A DNA stretch of 64,000 bases from an uncultured Actinomycetes bacterium (GCA_963784595.1 CAWARX010000007.1:410-64409), one strand, 5' to 3'; shown: positions 34,962 to 46,180, counted from the first letter of the stretch. The notes: generated by a model from the letters alone, not told the origin. Translations and numbers: made by a program.

Positions 34962-35641
34962 GATGCAGACTCCGATGCCGCGACGAGGGTGGCGATCCGA
35001 TCGCGCAGCTCTCGCACCGTCGCGTCGAACGCCGCCTTCGTGCCCACCGGGACCGGGTCGGGGATCGACCAGTGCAGCCATGTGTCGTCGGCTTCGAGCT
35101 CTTCGTGGGCCCGGTCGCACACCGTGACCACCACCGGCGGGAACGATTCGATCCCGGCGAGGTCGTGCGGAGACGCCGAACCGAGGTCCAAGCCCGCTCG
35201 AGTCGCCGCCGCGATCGCCCCACGGTGGACGCGCTTGGCGGGATGCGTGCCGGCAGAGTCAGCCGGCTCGCCTGTTTCTCGTTGCCACAAGGCGGCGGCG
35301 AGCTGCGAGCGAGCCGAGTTCGCCGTGCACACGAACAACGCCCGAGAGGGCGCGATCCCTCGGTCAGGTGCGAGCCCCTCGAGCGCGTTCCGCAACAGGT
35401 GCACGTAGCGCCGGCGACCATCGCCGCTTGACCGAAACCGCTCGATGAGCCCGACCCGTTCCAGCACATCAAGGTGGTGGGCGAGCAGGTTCGACTCCAT
35501 CCCGAACCGACGCCGCAACTCGATCGGCGCCCGATCCGAGACGAAGAGCTCGTCGACGATGGCCAACCGAGCCGGATCACCCAACGCGGCGTGGCACGCC
35601 GCCCGCTCGTCCAGACGTCGACTCGGGTCCATGCGCCGCAC
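34958..35641 (-). CDS. ArsR HTH-LMW-PTP (ArsC-like) fusion
   Basis: HAALGDPARLAIV...SNLLAHHL; FVCTANSARSQ; VVTVCDRA; HWSIPDP. Confidence 0.85.
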   Translation of the reverse strand: MRRMDPSRRLDERAACHAALGDPARLAIVDELFVSDRAPIELRRRFGMESNLLAHHLDVLERVGLIERFRSSGDGRRRYVHLLRNALEGLAPDRGIAPSRALFVCTANSARSQLAAALWQRETGEPADSAGTHPAKRVHRGAIAAATRAGLDLGSASPHDLAGIESFPPVVVTVCDRAHEELEADDTWLHWSIPDPVPVGTKAAFDATVRELRDRIATLVAASESAS

Positions 35642-35727
35642 TCTGTCACTCTAAGAAGGATGAGTCAATAATCGTTGATGGAAGTTGCGGCATAGGTTCT
35701 CGACGCGGCACACACGGAGGAGCAGTC

Positions 35728-35928
35728 ATGAGCGATCGAGAGTTCCGCGACATCACAGCCGACGTCGACGCGCTCCTCGAAGACCCGAAGCACGCGCCCG
35801 CCGTCGCCGCGGCACGTGAGGCTCTGGCGGAAGCGGACCGTGAGTATGCGATGGGGCTTGGCGCGCTGCGTCAGGCGCTCGGGCTCACGCAGGTCGAGCT
35901 CGCCAAGCGTCTCGAGGTCACCCAGCCC
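35728..35928 (+). pseudogene. XRE/HigA-like HTH antitoxin, truncated within the HTH
   Basis: ...LGALRQALGLTQVELAKRLEVTQP, then antisense of another gene. Confidence 0.65.
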
Positions 35929-36200
35929 GTCGGGCTCGATCGAGTCGACTGTGTACCGCCCCTCGTAGACGCGCAACTGGCCGTCGGAGAGCTGTTGGCG
36001 GGGGCGGGCACGTTGTGAACTCCAGCGAACTCCGAGAGCGCCCAGTCCTTCAGGAAGAACTCGGCGAGGAGCTTGGGACCGTCCTCCGAGTTCGTGAGCA
36101 TGGAGATCCCGAAGTTGCGCTCGGGGACGAACAGGAAGCCACTGTGCTGGCCGGGCCAGTCGCCGCCGTGCTGGACCACCCGGATGCCTTCCTTGGTCGG
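35929..36200 (-). pseudogene. Serine hydrolase (beta-lactamase-like) internal/C-terminal fragment
   Basis: VVQHGGDWPGQHSGFLFVPERNFGISMLTNS...YEGRY. Confidence 0.65.
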
Positions 36201-36526
36201 ACGGCGCGACCGCGGCGACCCCGAGGACGAACGCCACGGGAGCCAGCCGCGCCGGCCGGGCGTCGGCACGTCGAGCCGCAGCGGGGGTGGCGCGGCTCAC
36301 CACCGAGGTCGTCGTGACCGGAACATCGGCAGTCCTGCAGGGCGACTTCAGGGCGAACGTTCCGGCCCCGATCCAGCACGGTGGGCGCCGGACGTGGGGA
36401 CGTCGACGAGGAGGAGGGTCCCCGATCGGGCGGGTAGCCCATGTCGCGGAAGGTCGCGTTCAGGTGCGCGTGCCACCAGTGCCTCGCGCCACCGCAGCCG
36501 CGCCCGTCCTGTGCAAGGCTGCCGCG

Positions 36527-38254
36527 ATGCTCGATGTGGCGATCGTCAACGGCACGGTGATCGACGGGAGTGGTGCACCGGGTCGCCGGGCCGACGTAGG
36601 AATTCGTGACGGCAGGGTGGTAGCGCTCGGATCGCTCGACGAGGCCGCGTCGTCGACCGTCGACGCCGGTGATCTCGTCGTGGCACCCGGCTTCGTCGAC
36701 CCGCACACCCACTACGACGCCCAACTGTTCTGGGATCCGCTGGCCACGCCGTCGAGCCTGCACGGGGTCACGAGCGTCATCGGCGGAAACTGCGGCTTCA
36801 CCATCGCGCCGCTACGCGAACGGGACGCCGACTACACGCGGCGTCTGATGGAGCGCGTCGAAGGAATGCCGCTCGATGCGCTGGAGCAGGGGGTGCGTTG
36901 GACCTGGGACAGCTTCGGCGAATTCCTCGACGCGCTCGAGGGCACGATCGCCGTGAACGCCGGCTTCATGGTCGGTCACTGCGCCCTGCGACGCTACGTC
37001 ATGGCCGGCGACGACACCCGGCGTGCAGCTACGGACGCAGAGCGCGCCGAGATGGCCACGCTGCTCTCGCGGTCGCTCACCGAAGGAGGCCTGGGCCTGT
37101 CGACCAGCCGGTCCAACACCCACATGGACGGTGACGGTCAGCCGGTGCCGAGCCGGTACGCCACCGAGGAGGAACTGCTGTCGCTCTGTGACGTCGTGGG
37201 CGAGCATCCGGGCACCTCGTTGGAGGCGATCACGTCGGGCTGCATCGCGGGGTTCGACGACGCCGAGGTCGCGCTGTTCGCCGCCATGAGCGCGCGGGCG
37301 GGTCGACCACTGAACTGGAACGTGTTGGCCGTCACCGCTCGCGATCCGGAGCGGCTCGAGCACCAGTTCCGCCCTTCGACCCGGGCCCGGGCGCAGGGCG
37401 GCCGCGTGGTCGCGCTGACGATGCCGGTTCCGGCACCGATGTGCATGAGCTTCGGCAGCTTCTGCGCCCTGTGGCTGATCCCGGGTTGGGAACCCGTCCT
37501 GCGCCGTCCGGTCGCCGAACGAGCGCGGATGCTTCGTGATCCGGCCGTGCGCGCCCAGATGCAAGACGGCGCGAAGACGTCGCCGCTCGGTGGCTTGGCC
37601 CGCTTCGACGACTATGTGATCGGCGACACCTACTCAGCGGAGAACGAAGGCCTCACCGGGCGTCGGGTGTGCGAGATCGCCTCGGCCCGCGGCATCGACG
37701 ACGTGTTCGCGGTGCTGGTGGACATCGTGGTGAACGACGACTTCCGCACCGTGCTCTGGCCCCGCGATCCCCGCGACGACGCCGTCGGGTCTGCCGACGA
37801 CGCCGGTGTCTTCGCCGACGTTTGGCAGCGCGACGACGTGTTGCTCGGCGGTTCCGACGGCGGCGCCCATCTCGATCGCATGTGTGGCGCGCCGTATGTC
37901 ACGCGATTCCTCGGCGATTGCATCCGCGGGCGCCAAGTGGTGAGCCTCGAGCGGGGTGTGCAACTGATCTCGGACGCTCCGGCGCGGCTCTACGGACTCC
38001 GTGATCGCGGACGGGTGGCCGTCGGCCATCACGGCGACCTCGTCGTCATCGACCCCGCGACCGTCGGTGCCGGACCGCCCACCCTGGTGAACGACCTCCC
38101 GGGCGGGAGCGTCCGGATGGTGGCCGACCCGATCGGTGTCCACCGGGTCTTCGTCAACGGTGTCGAGACCGTGCGTGACGGCCTTCCCACCGGCGCAACC
38201 GCCGGCTCCGTCCTGCGATCCGGTCGCGATGCCGACACGGTGACCACACGGTGA
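36527..38254 (+). CDS. N-acyl-D-amino-acid deacylase family amidohydrolase
   Basis: IVNGTVIDGSG, PGFVDPHTHYD, GGNCG, GSDGGAH, GLRDRG. Confidence 0.9.
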   Translation: MLDVAIVNGTVIDGSGAPGRRADVGIRDGRVVALGSLDEAASSTVDAGDLVVAPGFVDPHTHYDAQLFWDPLATPSSLHGVTSVIGGNCGFTIAPLRERDADYTRRLMERVEGMPLDALEQGVRWTWDSFGEFLDALEGTIAVNAGFMVGHCALRRYVMAGDDTRRAATDAERAEMATLLSRSLTEGGLGLSTSRSNTHMDGDGQPVPSRYATEEELLSLCDVVGEHPGTSLEAITSGCIAGFDDAEVALFAAMSARAGRPLNWNVLAVTARDPERLEHQFRPSTRARAQGGRVVALTMPVPAPMCMSFGSFCALWLIPGWEPVLRRPVAERARMLRDPAVRAQMQDGAKTSPLGGLARFDDYVIGDTYSAENEGLTGRRVCEIASARGIDDVFAVLVDIVVNDDFRTVLWPRDPRDDAVGSADDAGVFADVWQRDDVLLGGSDGGAHLDRMCGAPYVTRFLGDCIRGRQVVSLERGVQLISDAPARLYGLRDRGRVAVGHHGDLVVIDPATVGAGPPTLVNDLPGGSVRMVADPIGVHRVFVNGVETVRDGLPTGATAGSVLRSGRDADTVTTR

Positions 38255-39444
38255 GCACGCCGCTCCCGCGCATCATCTCCGTCGACGACCACGTCGTGGA
38301 GCCGCCCGACCTCTGGACGAACCGGGTGCCGGCGAAGTACGGCGATCGCGTACCCCATGTGGTCCGGGAGCGGTTCGACGGAGGCACGACCGGTACCGGC
38401 GCCCGCGCCAGTGAGGGTTGGGCCGACGTGTGGCACTACGACGGAGTTCGCTCTCCGCTCATGATGCTCAGCGCTGCCGTCGGGTTCGACACGTTGGACT
38501 TCGGTGTCACCACATACGACGAGCTCCGCCCGGGTTGCTACGAGCGTTCGGCGCGACTGGCCGACATGGACGCCAACCACGTCGACGCGTCGATGTGCTT
38601 TCCGAACACGCTGCCCCGCTTCTGCGGCCAGACCTTCATGGAGCGCGAGGACAAGGACCTCGCGCTCGAGTGCGTCCGCGCCTACAACGACTGGATGATC
38701 GACGAGTGGTCTGCCGGCGAGGCGGCCGGGCACCTGATCCCGGTGACGATGGTTCCCCTGTGGGACGCGACGTTGGCGGCGGGGGAGGTCCGCCGGTGCG
38801 CGGACAAGGGGAGCCACGCGGTGACCTTCAGCGAGAATCCGTACGCCCTCGGGCTCCCGTCGGTGCACTCGGGCGATTGGGACCCCCTGTTCGCGGCATG
38901 TCAGGAAACCGAGTCGGTGCTGTGCATGCACATCGGCTCGTCGTCGCGAATGCCGGGAACGACTCCCGACGCTCCGTTCATCATCAGCTCGGTCCTCACC
39001 TTCCAGAACGCGATGGGATCACTCCTCGACTTCGTGTTCTCGGGAACCCTCGCCCGGTACCCGAGCCTCACCCTCGCGTACTCGGAGGGCCAGGTGGGGT
39101 GGATGCCATACGTGTTCGAACGGGCCGACAAGTTGTGGCGCGAGCGTTCCGACAACTCCTTCGGTACGAGCCTTCCCGACCCGCCGACGTCGTACATCCG
39201 CGACCGCGTGATCGGCTGCATCTTCGACGACGAGACCGGTCTCGAGTGCCGCGACCGGATCGGCATGAGCCAGATCTGCTTCGAGACCGACTACCCCCAC
39301 GCCGACAGCACCTTCCCTGACTCGGCCGCGGTAGCAGACGCGATCTGCCGAGAGGCCGGCTTGGACGACGCAGAGACCTACCAGTTGCTCCGCGGCAACG
39401 CCATCCGCGCGTTCGGCCTCTCCCGTTTCGGCGTCACCACCTGA
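38251..39444 (+). CDS. Amidohydrolase family protein (amidohydrolase_2 type)
   Basis: SVDDHVVEP, CMHIGSSS, SEGQVGW, FETDYPHAD; paralog of 759-2042. Confidence 0.9.
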   Translation: MSTPLPRIISVDDHVVEPPDLWTNRVPAKYGDRVPHVVRERFDGGTTGTGARASEGWADVWHYDGVRSPLMMLSAAVGFDTLDFGVTTYDELRPGCYERSARLADMDANHVDASMCFPNTLPRFCGQTFMEREDKDLALECVRAYNDWMIDEWSAGEAAGHLIPVTMVPLWDATLAAGEVRRCADKGSHAVTFSENPYALGLPSVHSGDWDPLFAACQETESVLCMHIGSSSRMPGTTPDAPFIISSVLTFQNAMGSLLDFVFSGTLARYPSLTLAYSEGQVGWMPYVFERADKLWRERSDNSFGTSLPDPPTSYIRDRVIGCIFDDETGLECRDRIGMSQICFETDYPHADSTFPDSAAVADAICREAGLDDAETYQLLRGNAIRAFGLSRFGVTT

Positions 39445-39515
39445 CGCGAGCGTCTGCGTGCGCGGCTGACCGTTCACCCCGGCGGTCCCCTCCCGCGGCG
39501 ACCGGCTTCCGCACA

Positions 39516-40077
39516 TCATCGGATCGTGCCGGCGAGCACCTCGTCGAGCCACTCTCGAGCGCGCGGACGTTCTGGATGTCGGGGGTGATGTTGTGGTCCC
39601 CGCTCGTGATCTCGTAGCGGACCCCCCCGCTGGGCGGACGGACGAGCGAAGTCGTTGCGGGCCCGGGCTCACGCGTACGCGAGCGGCGTCCCCTGGGTTG
39701 CGGGGACGGCCAGCCCGTCCCGCGAGCCGTAGATGAGGTACGCGGGTGGTCGCCCGCGTCGAGGCTCGGCGGCAATGTCGGGTCGGCGAACACCTCGGGC
39801 GCGACCGCGGCCAGCGTCGCGAGCTGCCGCCGGCCGATGCGCCGGCGAGGATCATGTGGTCGGGCTCGAGTCCCCCAGCGCGCCGCGTCGGCCTTTCAGG
39901 AACCGCACCGCGCGATCGGCGTCGTAGTCCGCAGCGGGGAGCGTGTCGATCCCGGCGCCGTTGGCGTCGATCGTGGCGAGGCGGTCGTCGACCGACGCGA
40001 CCGCGATGTCCGCCCGGGTGAATCTGGCGCCTCAGCACCTCGGGAGAGGCGGGCTCGTTGCCGGCGATCCAGCCGCC
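39516..40077 (-). pseudogene. Degenerate, internally deleted partial copy of the alpha/beta hydrolase at 47908-49056
   Basis: Aligns by eye to about 47908-48651 (e.g. YEITSGDHNITPDIQNVRALE, GGWIAGNEP), with about 180 bp missing and many indels. Confidence 0.85.
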
Positions 40078-40129
40078 TCTGACCTGGCTCGTGAACGCCA
40101 GGTCAGAGGCCCCGCTTCGGCGGGGTCTC
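40075..40129. repeat. GCCTCTGACCTGG...CCAGGTCAGAGGC palindrome overlapping a TTCG-loop hairpin
   Basis: 13-14 bp stem at 40075-40110, then gccccgc-ttcg-gcggggt. Confidence 0.65.
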
Positions 40130-40256
40130 ACGGGTTGTCGGGATGCGCCGTTGGGGGACGACCCGGGGTCGCATGAATAGCTGCGCGCCACAACGAGCGG
40201 GAAGGATCGCCATACAGGAGGCGGCTGCTCCTTCGTCATCCCCGATCGAAGCTACG

Positions 40257-41575
40257 TCAAGGTCGGCTCGGGCGACTCCCGCGGGGCACGCCGGCAAGCG
40301 GGCTGAACTCGAGGTGCAGGTCCCGGAGGCCGCGCAAGATGTACGTGGGCACGTACTCGTAGTGACGCGCGCCGAGCGGGCCATGCTGTGCCGGGTCGAT
40401 GCGGATGTCGGCCATGCGATCGAGGAATCGCTCCACGGTGATGCGACCCTCCGCGGCGCGAGCGGAGCGCCGGGGCAGGTGTGGGGGCCATGCCCGAATG
40501 CGAGGTGTTGGCGGGCGTTGGCGCGCTCGACCTCGAACTCGGCCGGGCACTCGAATTTGCGGGGGTCACGGTTGGCGGCGCCATTGACGACCATGACGGT
40601 GGTTCCGGCGGGTATCTCGACCCCGCCGACGGTGGTCGCTCTGCGCGAGAGGCGGAAGTCGCCCTTGACCGGACTCTCGAAGCGCAGGCACTCCTCCACG
40701 AAGTTCGGTATCAAGCCGCGTTCCCCGCGCAGGCGCGTCTGCAGCTCGGGATCGTCGGCGATGCGTTGGAGCGCGGTGCCGAAGAGGCGAACGCTGGTCT
40801 CCTGGCCGGCCGCGAAGAGGTTCGCGGCTATGCGCGCGACATCGAGGACGTCGGGGATGGCGCCGTCGGGGAACGTCGCGGTGGCGAGTCCGGTGAGCAC
40901 GTCGTCCCGAGGTGTCGAGCGACGATCTTCGACGTACGCGATGAACTGCTCGTAGAGGAACTCGAGCGGGTTGTGGGCGAGCATGTCGTCGCGGCCGGTC
41001 CCGCCGAGTGTCCCACTGCGCTCGTGCTGGCGAGGGCCGAGCTGCTCGCGGAACAGCTCGTGGTCCTCCTCGGGAACCCCGAGGAGATCGGCGATGACGA
41101 GCAGGGCGAATGGCTGGCCGTAGTCGCCGATGAACTCACACGCGCCGCGGTCGATGAACTCGTCGATCTGCCGATCGGCGAGTCGCCACATGAAGTCCTC
41201 GTTCTCGTTCAGTCGCTTCGGCGTGATCAGCCGCATCAGCAACCCGCGGTGCGCGGTGTGCACCGGTGGGTCGAACGTGAGTATCTGATCGCTGAAGGGC
41301 AGCTCTTGGCGGTGTTGGTCGATCAGCGCGCTCACGTCGTCGCCCTCGAGCGGCACCGGAAAGCCGGGGAACGGTCCGGTGGGCGAGTTGCAGGAAGAGA
41401 ACATCGTGGTGTCGCCATAGACCGCCATCGCCTCCTCGTAGCCCGTCACCATCATCACGTCGTGATGCGACTCCCGAACCACGCGAGATCGAGAACGCAG
41501 CCAGTCGAAGTAGCCGTACGGGTCGGCGATGAGCTCGTTCCCGCGGAAGAAGTCGGTCGCGTCGTAGTCGGTCAC
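40257..41575 (-). CDS. Cytochrome P450 (frameshift after the heme Cys)
   Basis: AAGQETS, EECLRFESP, AFGHGPHTCPG. Confidence 0.9.
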
Positions 41576-41656
41576 GTGACACCCGCTCCGTGAGAGATCC
41601 ACTCTGGTATCCGGAAGCCGACGCTCAGAACGGTGAGGTCGGCGGCCGGACGATGG

Positions 41657-41993
41657 TCACTCGCCCTCGGCCGCGCCCTGGACTTCGGCCATGGCCGACC
41701 AACCCTCCCCGGGAACCTCGACGTGCACGACCTCGGGCATACCGGCGTACGCGTGACCCATCTGCCCCATTGCCGCCTTGAAATGCTCCGAAGTCACGTG
41801 GGAATCACCCGCGGCCCGATCCCGGAACATCTCGACCAGCAGGTAGAGGTTGGGGTCGTCGACGCTGCGAAACCAATCGAAGCAGATGTTGCCGGGCTCG
41901 GCGCGAGTGGCTGCGGTGAACTCCGCCGCGAGTACCGGCCACTCGTCGGCGTACTTCGCGGCGTAAGGGATGTCGGACGATGCTCAGGATCAT
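41657..41993 (-). CDS. Putative quinol / antibiotic-biosynthesis monooxygenase (ABM); frameshifted
   Basis: Manual translation: FTAATRAEPGNICFDWFRSVDDPNLYLLVEMFRD...HVTSEHFK. Confidence 0.75.
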
Positions 41994-42214
41994 GCCGCGG
42001 GGTCCTCCCGGGAAGGCTTCGTGCAAGTCGTGCGATCCCCGCACTGTATCGGCGCGGATTCTCGGCATCTGGGCCCGATGTTGCCGACGGTCGACCGCGA
42101 CGGCACCCACGACGTCGGGGCGGTGGTTTGTCGCCCGCCACCGTCGAATGCCAGGTCACGAGGGCCGGACCTCCGGGTCCGGCCCGATCTGCGTCGGGTC
42201 GGTAACGTCGCCCC

Positions 42215-43309
42215 GTGCCGTCGATCAGTAGCGACCCCAGCCCGTTGCCGCCGTTCCTGCGGGCGTGCCGTGGCATCCCGGGCGGCCCCGACGACCCGGT
42301 GCCGGCGTGGTTCATGCGCCAGGCGGGCCGGTCGCTGCCCGAGTATCGCGCGCTTCGAGGGAACGGCAGCATCCTCGACGCCATCCATGATCCCGAGTTG
42401 TCGGCCGAGATCACGTTGCAGCCGGTCCGGCGCTACGGCGTCGACGCGGCGATCCTCTATTCCGACATCGTCGTACCGGTTGCCGCGATCGGCTTCGGGG
42501 TCGACGTGGCGCCCGGGGTCGGGCCGGTCGTGGCCGAACCCTTTTCCTCTGCCGCCGACCTCGAGCGGCTGCGGCCCCTCGACCCGGAGAACGACACGCC
42601 GTACGTCCTCGAGACGGTGAAGATCCTCGCCAGGGAATTGAGCGTGCCGCTCATCGGCTTCGCCGGTGCGCCCTTCACGGTGGCGAGCTACCTGATCGAA
42701 GGCCGTCCGTCGCGAACGTATGTGCGCACCAAGACCTTGATGCACTCCGGCCCGGCGCTGTGGCACGCGCTCATGGAGCGCCTCGCCGACATGGCGATCA
42801 TGTCGCTGCGATCCCAGATCACTGCGGGCGCGGCCGCCATCCAGCTGTTCGACTCGTGGGCCGGCACGCTCAGCCCGCCTGACTACGAGCGCTTCGTGCT
42901 CCCGCACAGCCGGCGCGTGCTCGAGGGCGTCGCCGACCTCGGCGTTCCCCGCATCCACTTCGGTGTCGGCACGGGTGAGTTGCTCGGTCTGCTCGCCGCT
43001 GCGGGGGCGGACGTCGTGGGCGTCGACTGGCGCGTCCCGCTCGACGTCGCCCGCCGGCGAGTGCCCGGCGGTGTCTCCCTCCAGGGCAACCTGGATCCCG
43101 CGCTGTGTCTGGCCCCCTGGGACGCCGTGGCCGTCGCCACCCGCGACGTGTTGGCCCGCAACGCCGGCCATCCCGGTCACGTCTTCAACCTCGGTCACGG
43201 GGTGATGCCCGAGACCGACCCCGCGGTGCTGGAGCGAGTCGTCGAGCTGGTGCATGCGGAGGGTCGTTGTGACGGCCTGCCCACCGAGGCCGGGGAGCCC
43301 TCCGCATGA
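42215..43309 (+). CDS. hemE: Uroporphyrinogen decarboxylase
   Basis: [41 protein letters not shown]. Confidence 0.95.
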   Translation: MPSISSDPSPLPPFLRACRGIPGGPDDPVPAWFMRQAGRSLPEYRALRGNGSILDAIHDPELSAEITLQPVRRYGVDAAILYSDIVVPVAAIGFGVDVAPGVGPVVAEPFSSAADLERLRPLDPENDTPYVLETVKILARELSVPLIGFAGAPFTVASYLIEGRPSRTYVRTKTLMHSGPALWHALMERLADMAIMSLRSQITAGAAAIQLFDSWAGTLSPPDYERFVLPHSRRVLEGVADLGVPRIHFGVGTGELLGLLAAAGADVVGVDWRVPLDVARRRVPGGVSLQGNLDPALCLAPWDAVAVATRDVLARNAGHPGHVFNLGHGVMPETDPAVLERVVELVHAEGRCDGLPTEAGEPSA

Positions 43310-44244
43310 GCGGTGGTGGCGGACCGTTGGGCCTCGTCGTCATGGCCTACGGGACCCCTCGGACGCACGACGAGATCGAGGCCTACTACACCGACATCCG
43401 CCGGGGCCGCCCGCCGACCCCTGAGCAGCTTGCCGACCTCGTCAGGCGTTACGACGCGATCGGGGGCATCTCACCGTTGGCGGAGCGCACCGAAGCCCAA
43501 CGGGCCGCGCTCGAGCGCGCGCTCGCCGAACGCATGCCGGGGCGGTGGACGGTCGTGCTCGGCCAGAAGCACGCGGCGCCGTTCATCGAGGACGCGGTCG
43601 CCCTGCTCGTCGATGCCGGCGTCGCCGAAGCCGTCGGACTCGTGCTCGCGCCGCACTACTCGGAATTCAGCGTCGGGGAATACCAGCGTCGAGCGGCCGA
43701 GGCCGGGAAGGTCCGGGGCCTCGCCGTCTCCGGCATCGACCACTGGCACCTCGAACCCGCGTACCTCGACTTTCTCGCCGACGCGACGCGCGAGGCGCGT
43801 GTCGGTCTGCCCGCGAAGCACAAGGTGCTCTTCACCGCCCACTCGTTGCCCGAGCGGGTGCTCGTCGGCGACCCGTATCCCGAGGAATTGCGCGAGAGCG
43901 CGACCGCGGTCGCCGAGCGGGCCGCGCTGTCGTCGCCGTCCGGCTGGGAGCTGTGCTGGCAGAGCGCGGGCCGTACACCGGAGCCGTGGCGCGGGCCGGA
44001 CGTCCTCGAGGTGATCCGCGACCTCGGCGCGACCGGCGGGTGCGACGCCGTGCTGGTGTGCGCGCAGGGGTTCACCTCCGACCATCTCGAGATCCTCTAC
44101 GACCTCGACGTCGAGGCACGCGGCGTCGCCTCGGAGGTGGGGCTCGCCTTCGCCCGCACCCGGTCCCTGAACGACGCCCCCGCGGTGATGGCGGCACTGG
44201 CGGACCGGGTGATCGCCCGGCTCGCTGAAGCCGGAGGACGCTGA
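43306..44244 (+). CDS. hemH: Ferrochelatase (coproporphyrin ferrochelatase type)
   Basis: [41 protein letters not shown]. Confidence 0.95.
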   Translation: MSGGGGPLGLVVMAYGTPRTHDEIEAYYTDIRRGRPPTPEQLADLVRRYDAIGGISPLAERTEAQRAALERALAERMPGRWTVVLGQKHAAPFIEDAVALLVDAGVAEAVGLVLAPHYSEFSVGEYQRRAAEAGKVRGLAVSGIDHWHLEPAYLDFLADATREARVGLPAKHKVLFTAHSLPERVLVGDPYPEELRESATAVAERAALSSPSGWELCWQSAGRTPEPWRGPDVLEVIRDLGATGGCDAVLVCAQGFTSDHLEILYDLDVEARGVASEVGLAFARTRSLNDAPAVMAALADRVIARLAEAGGR

Positions 44245-44245
44245 G

Positions 44246-45694
44246 GTGGGCGACGACCACACGACCCATGTCGTGGTGCTGGGCGCCGGTGTCACGGGCC
44301 TCACGGCGGCGTTCACCCTCGCGACCCGTCACCGCGAGGTACGGGTCACGGTGATCGAAGCCGCGGATCGGGTCGGCGGCAAGGTGCTCACCACGCCCTT
44401 CGCCGGGCGCCCGATCGATTGCGGCGCCGATGCGTTCCTGGCCCGGGTGCCCGAGGCCACCGAGCTGTGCGACGAACTCGGCTTGTCGGGGATGTTGACG
44501 TCGCCGGCCGAGCGGTCGGCGTTGGTCTGGTCCCGAGGGTCGTTGCACAAGCTGCCTCCCGGCCTCGTGCTCGGCGTGCCCACGGACATGGACGCGCTCG
44601 CCGCTTCGGGCATCGTCAGCCCCGAAGGCGTCGCCCGTGCGGCCGAAGACGTCGATCGCGCCGAGTGGCCCGAGGGCGAACCCGCTTCCGATCCCGAGGG
44701 CGCGGGCGACGAGTCCGTGGGCACGATGGTGCGGCGGCGTCTCGGCGACGAGGTCTTCGAGCGCCTCGTGTCGCCGCTCCTCTCCGGCGTCAACGCCGGC
44801 GACGCCGATCAGCTGAGCCTGGCGGCCGGCGCCGCGCAGCTCGCCGGTGCCGCCCGGCGCCAACCGAGCCTCGTCGTCGCGCTCCGGGAGCAGCAACAGG
44901 CCGCCCTCGCCGCCGGCGCCGATGCGTCGGCTCCGGTCTTCTTCGGCATCCCGGTCGGGACCCAGACCTTGACCGATCTCGTGTTCGCGCGCCTCACCGC
45001 AGCCGGTGTGCCCGTGCACCTGCGCTGTCCCGCGACCGCGCTCGAACCCGCGAAGGGGGCCTGGCGGGTGCACACGTCGTCGGGGGTCCTGACCGCCGAC
45101 CGGGTGGTCCTGGCCACGCCTGCTCCGGTCAGCGCGCGTCTCCTGGACCCGGTGGTGTCCGACGTCGCGGCCGAGCTCGGCGACCTGCAGTACGCGTCGG
45201 TCGCCATGGTCACCCTCGCCGTACCGCGCGCAGCCGTCGGCCACCCTCTCGATGCCAGTGGCTTCCTCGTGGCCACCACCGACCGGCTGCCCTTCCTCAC
45301 CGCGTGTTCGTGGGCGTCCACGAAGTGGGCCCACCTCGCGGATCCAGATCTGGCGCTCCTGCGCGTCTCTGCGGGGAGGTTCGGCGACAGCGCCGCGCTC
45401 GCGTTGGACGACGACGATCTCGTGGTGGCGCTCAACGCAGATCTGGCGACCACCGTCGGACTCACCGCGCCGCCGGTCGCGTCCCGCGTGACCCGCTGGA
45501 TCGACGGGCTTCCGCAGTTCCGGCCGGGTCACCTGGGTCGCGTACGGGACTGGCGCGCGCGTCTCGGCGACCGTGCCCCCGGTGTCGTGCTGGCGGGCGC
45601 GGCCTACGACGGTCTCGGGCTACCCGCGTGCATCCGCCAGGGTCGCGAGGCGGCACAGGCCGCGCTCGCTGACGGGGGTCGCGGTGCGAACTGA
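44246..45694 (+). CDS. hemG: Protoporphyrinogen/coproporphyrinogen oxidase (HemY type)
   Basis: GAGVTGL, EAADRVGG, DCGADAF, GFLV, STKW, GLGLPACI. Confidence 0.93.
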   Translation: MGDDHTTHVVVLGAGVTGLTAAFTLATRHREVRVTVIEAADRVGGKVLTTPFAGRPIDCGADAFLARVPEATELCDELGLSGMLTSPAERSALVWSRGSLHKLPPGLVLGVPTDMDALAASGIVSPEGVARAAEDVDRAEWPEGEPASDPEGAGDESVGTMVRRRLGDEVFERLVSPLLSGVNAGDADQLSLAAGAAQLAGAARRQPSLVVALREQQQAALAAGADASAPVFFGIPVGTQTLTDLVFARLTAAGVPVHLRCPATALEPAKGAWRVHTSSGVLTADRVVLATPAPVSARLLDPVVSDVAAELGDLQYASVAMVTLAVPRAAVGHPLDASGFLVATTDRLPFLTACSWASTKWAHLADPDLALLRVSAGRFGDSAALALDDDDLVVALNADLATTVGLTAPPVASRVTRWIDGLPQFRPGHLGRVRDWRARLGDRAPGVVLAGAAYDGLGLPACIRQGREAAQAALADGGRGAN

Positions 45695-45712
45695 GGGATC
45701 GGTGCGGGTCGC

Positions 45713-46180
45713 TCAGGTGAAGATGATCTGGCCGCCGGCGGACTTCTCGTAGAACTCGCCGACGGTGATGATGTCCTCGATCTGGTCGACGAAGTCGTCC
45801 TTCGAGAACCCGAACATGTCGACGGACGCCTTGCAGGCGTACATGCCCGCGCCGGTGTCTCCGATCATCTCGATGAACTCGTGGACGGGCGGGATGTCGA
45901 GGGCGGACATCTTCTTCTCCATCATCTTGGTGGCGATCGCCGACATGCCCGGGAGCACACCGACCAGGCTGGCGATGTGCATGCCGGGGTTGCCGACGGT
46001 CGCGACCTTGATGTGCTCGATGCGTTCCCGGTGGACCGCGTCGAGCCCGAAGAAGGTGAAGAAGAGGTTCGCTTCCATCCCTTCGGCGCGCGCGCCGTTG
46101 GCCATGATGAGCCCGGGATAGATGCCTTCGAGCGAGCCCTTCGAGATCACGACCGAGACCTTCTCGATGCTGTCCGCCAT
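45713..46180 (-). CDS. DsrE/DsrF/DrsH-like (DsrE2) sulfur-carrier protein
   Basis: LFFTFFGL...MYACKASVDMF...GQIIFT. Confidence 0.85.
   Translation of the reverse strand: MADSIEKVSVVISKGSLEGIYPGLIMANGARAEGMEANLFFTFFGLDAVHRERIEHIKVATVGNPGMHIASLVGVLPGMSAIATKMMEKKMSALDIPPVHEFIEMIGDTGAGMYACKASVDMFGFSKDDFVDQIEDIITVGEFYEKSAGGQIIFT

Noticed and set aside
33796-35649. 617-aa ORF, or an aquaporin-ArsC fusion
   Set aside because: Only the last 139 aa are ArsC; the aquaporin is in another frame with its own stop (ATGA overlap at 34212-34215).
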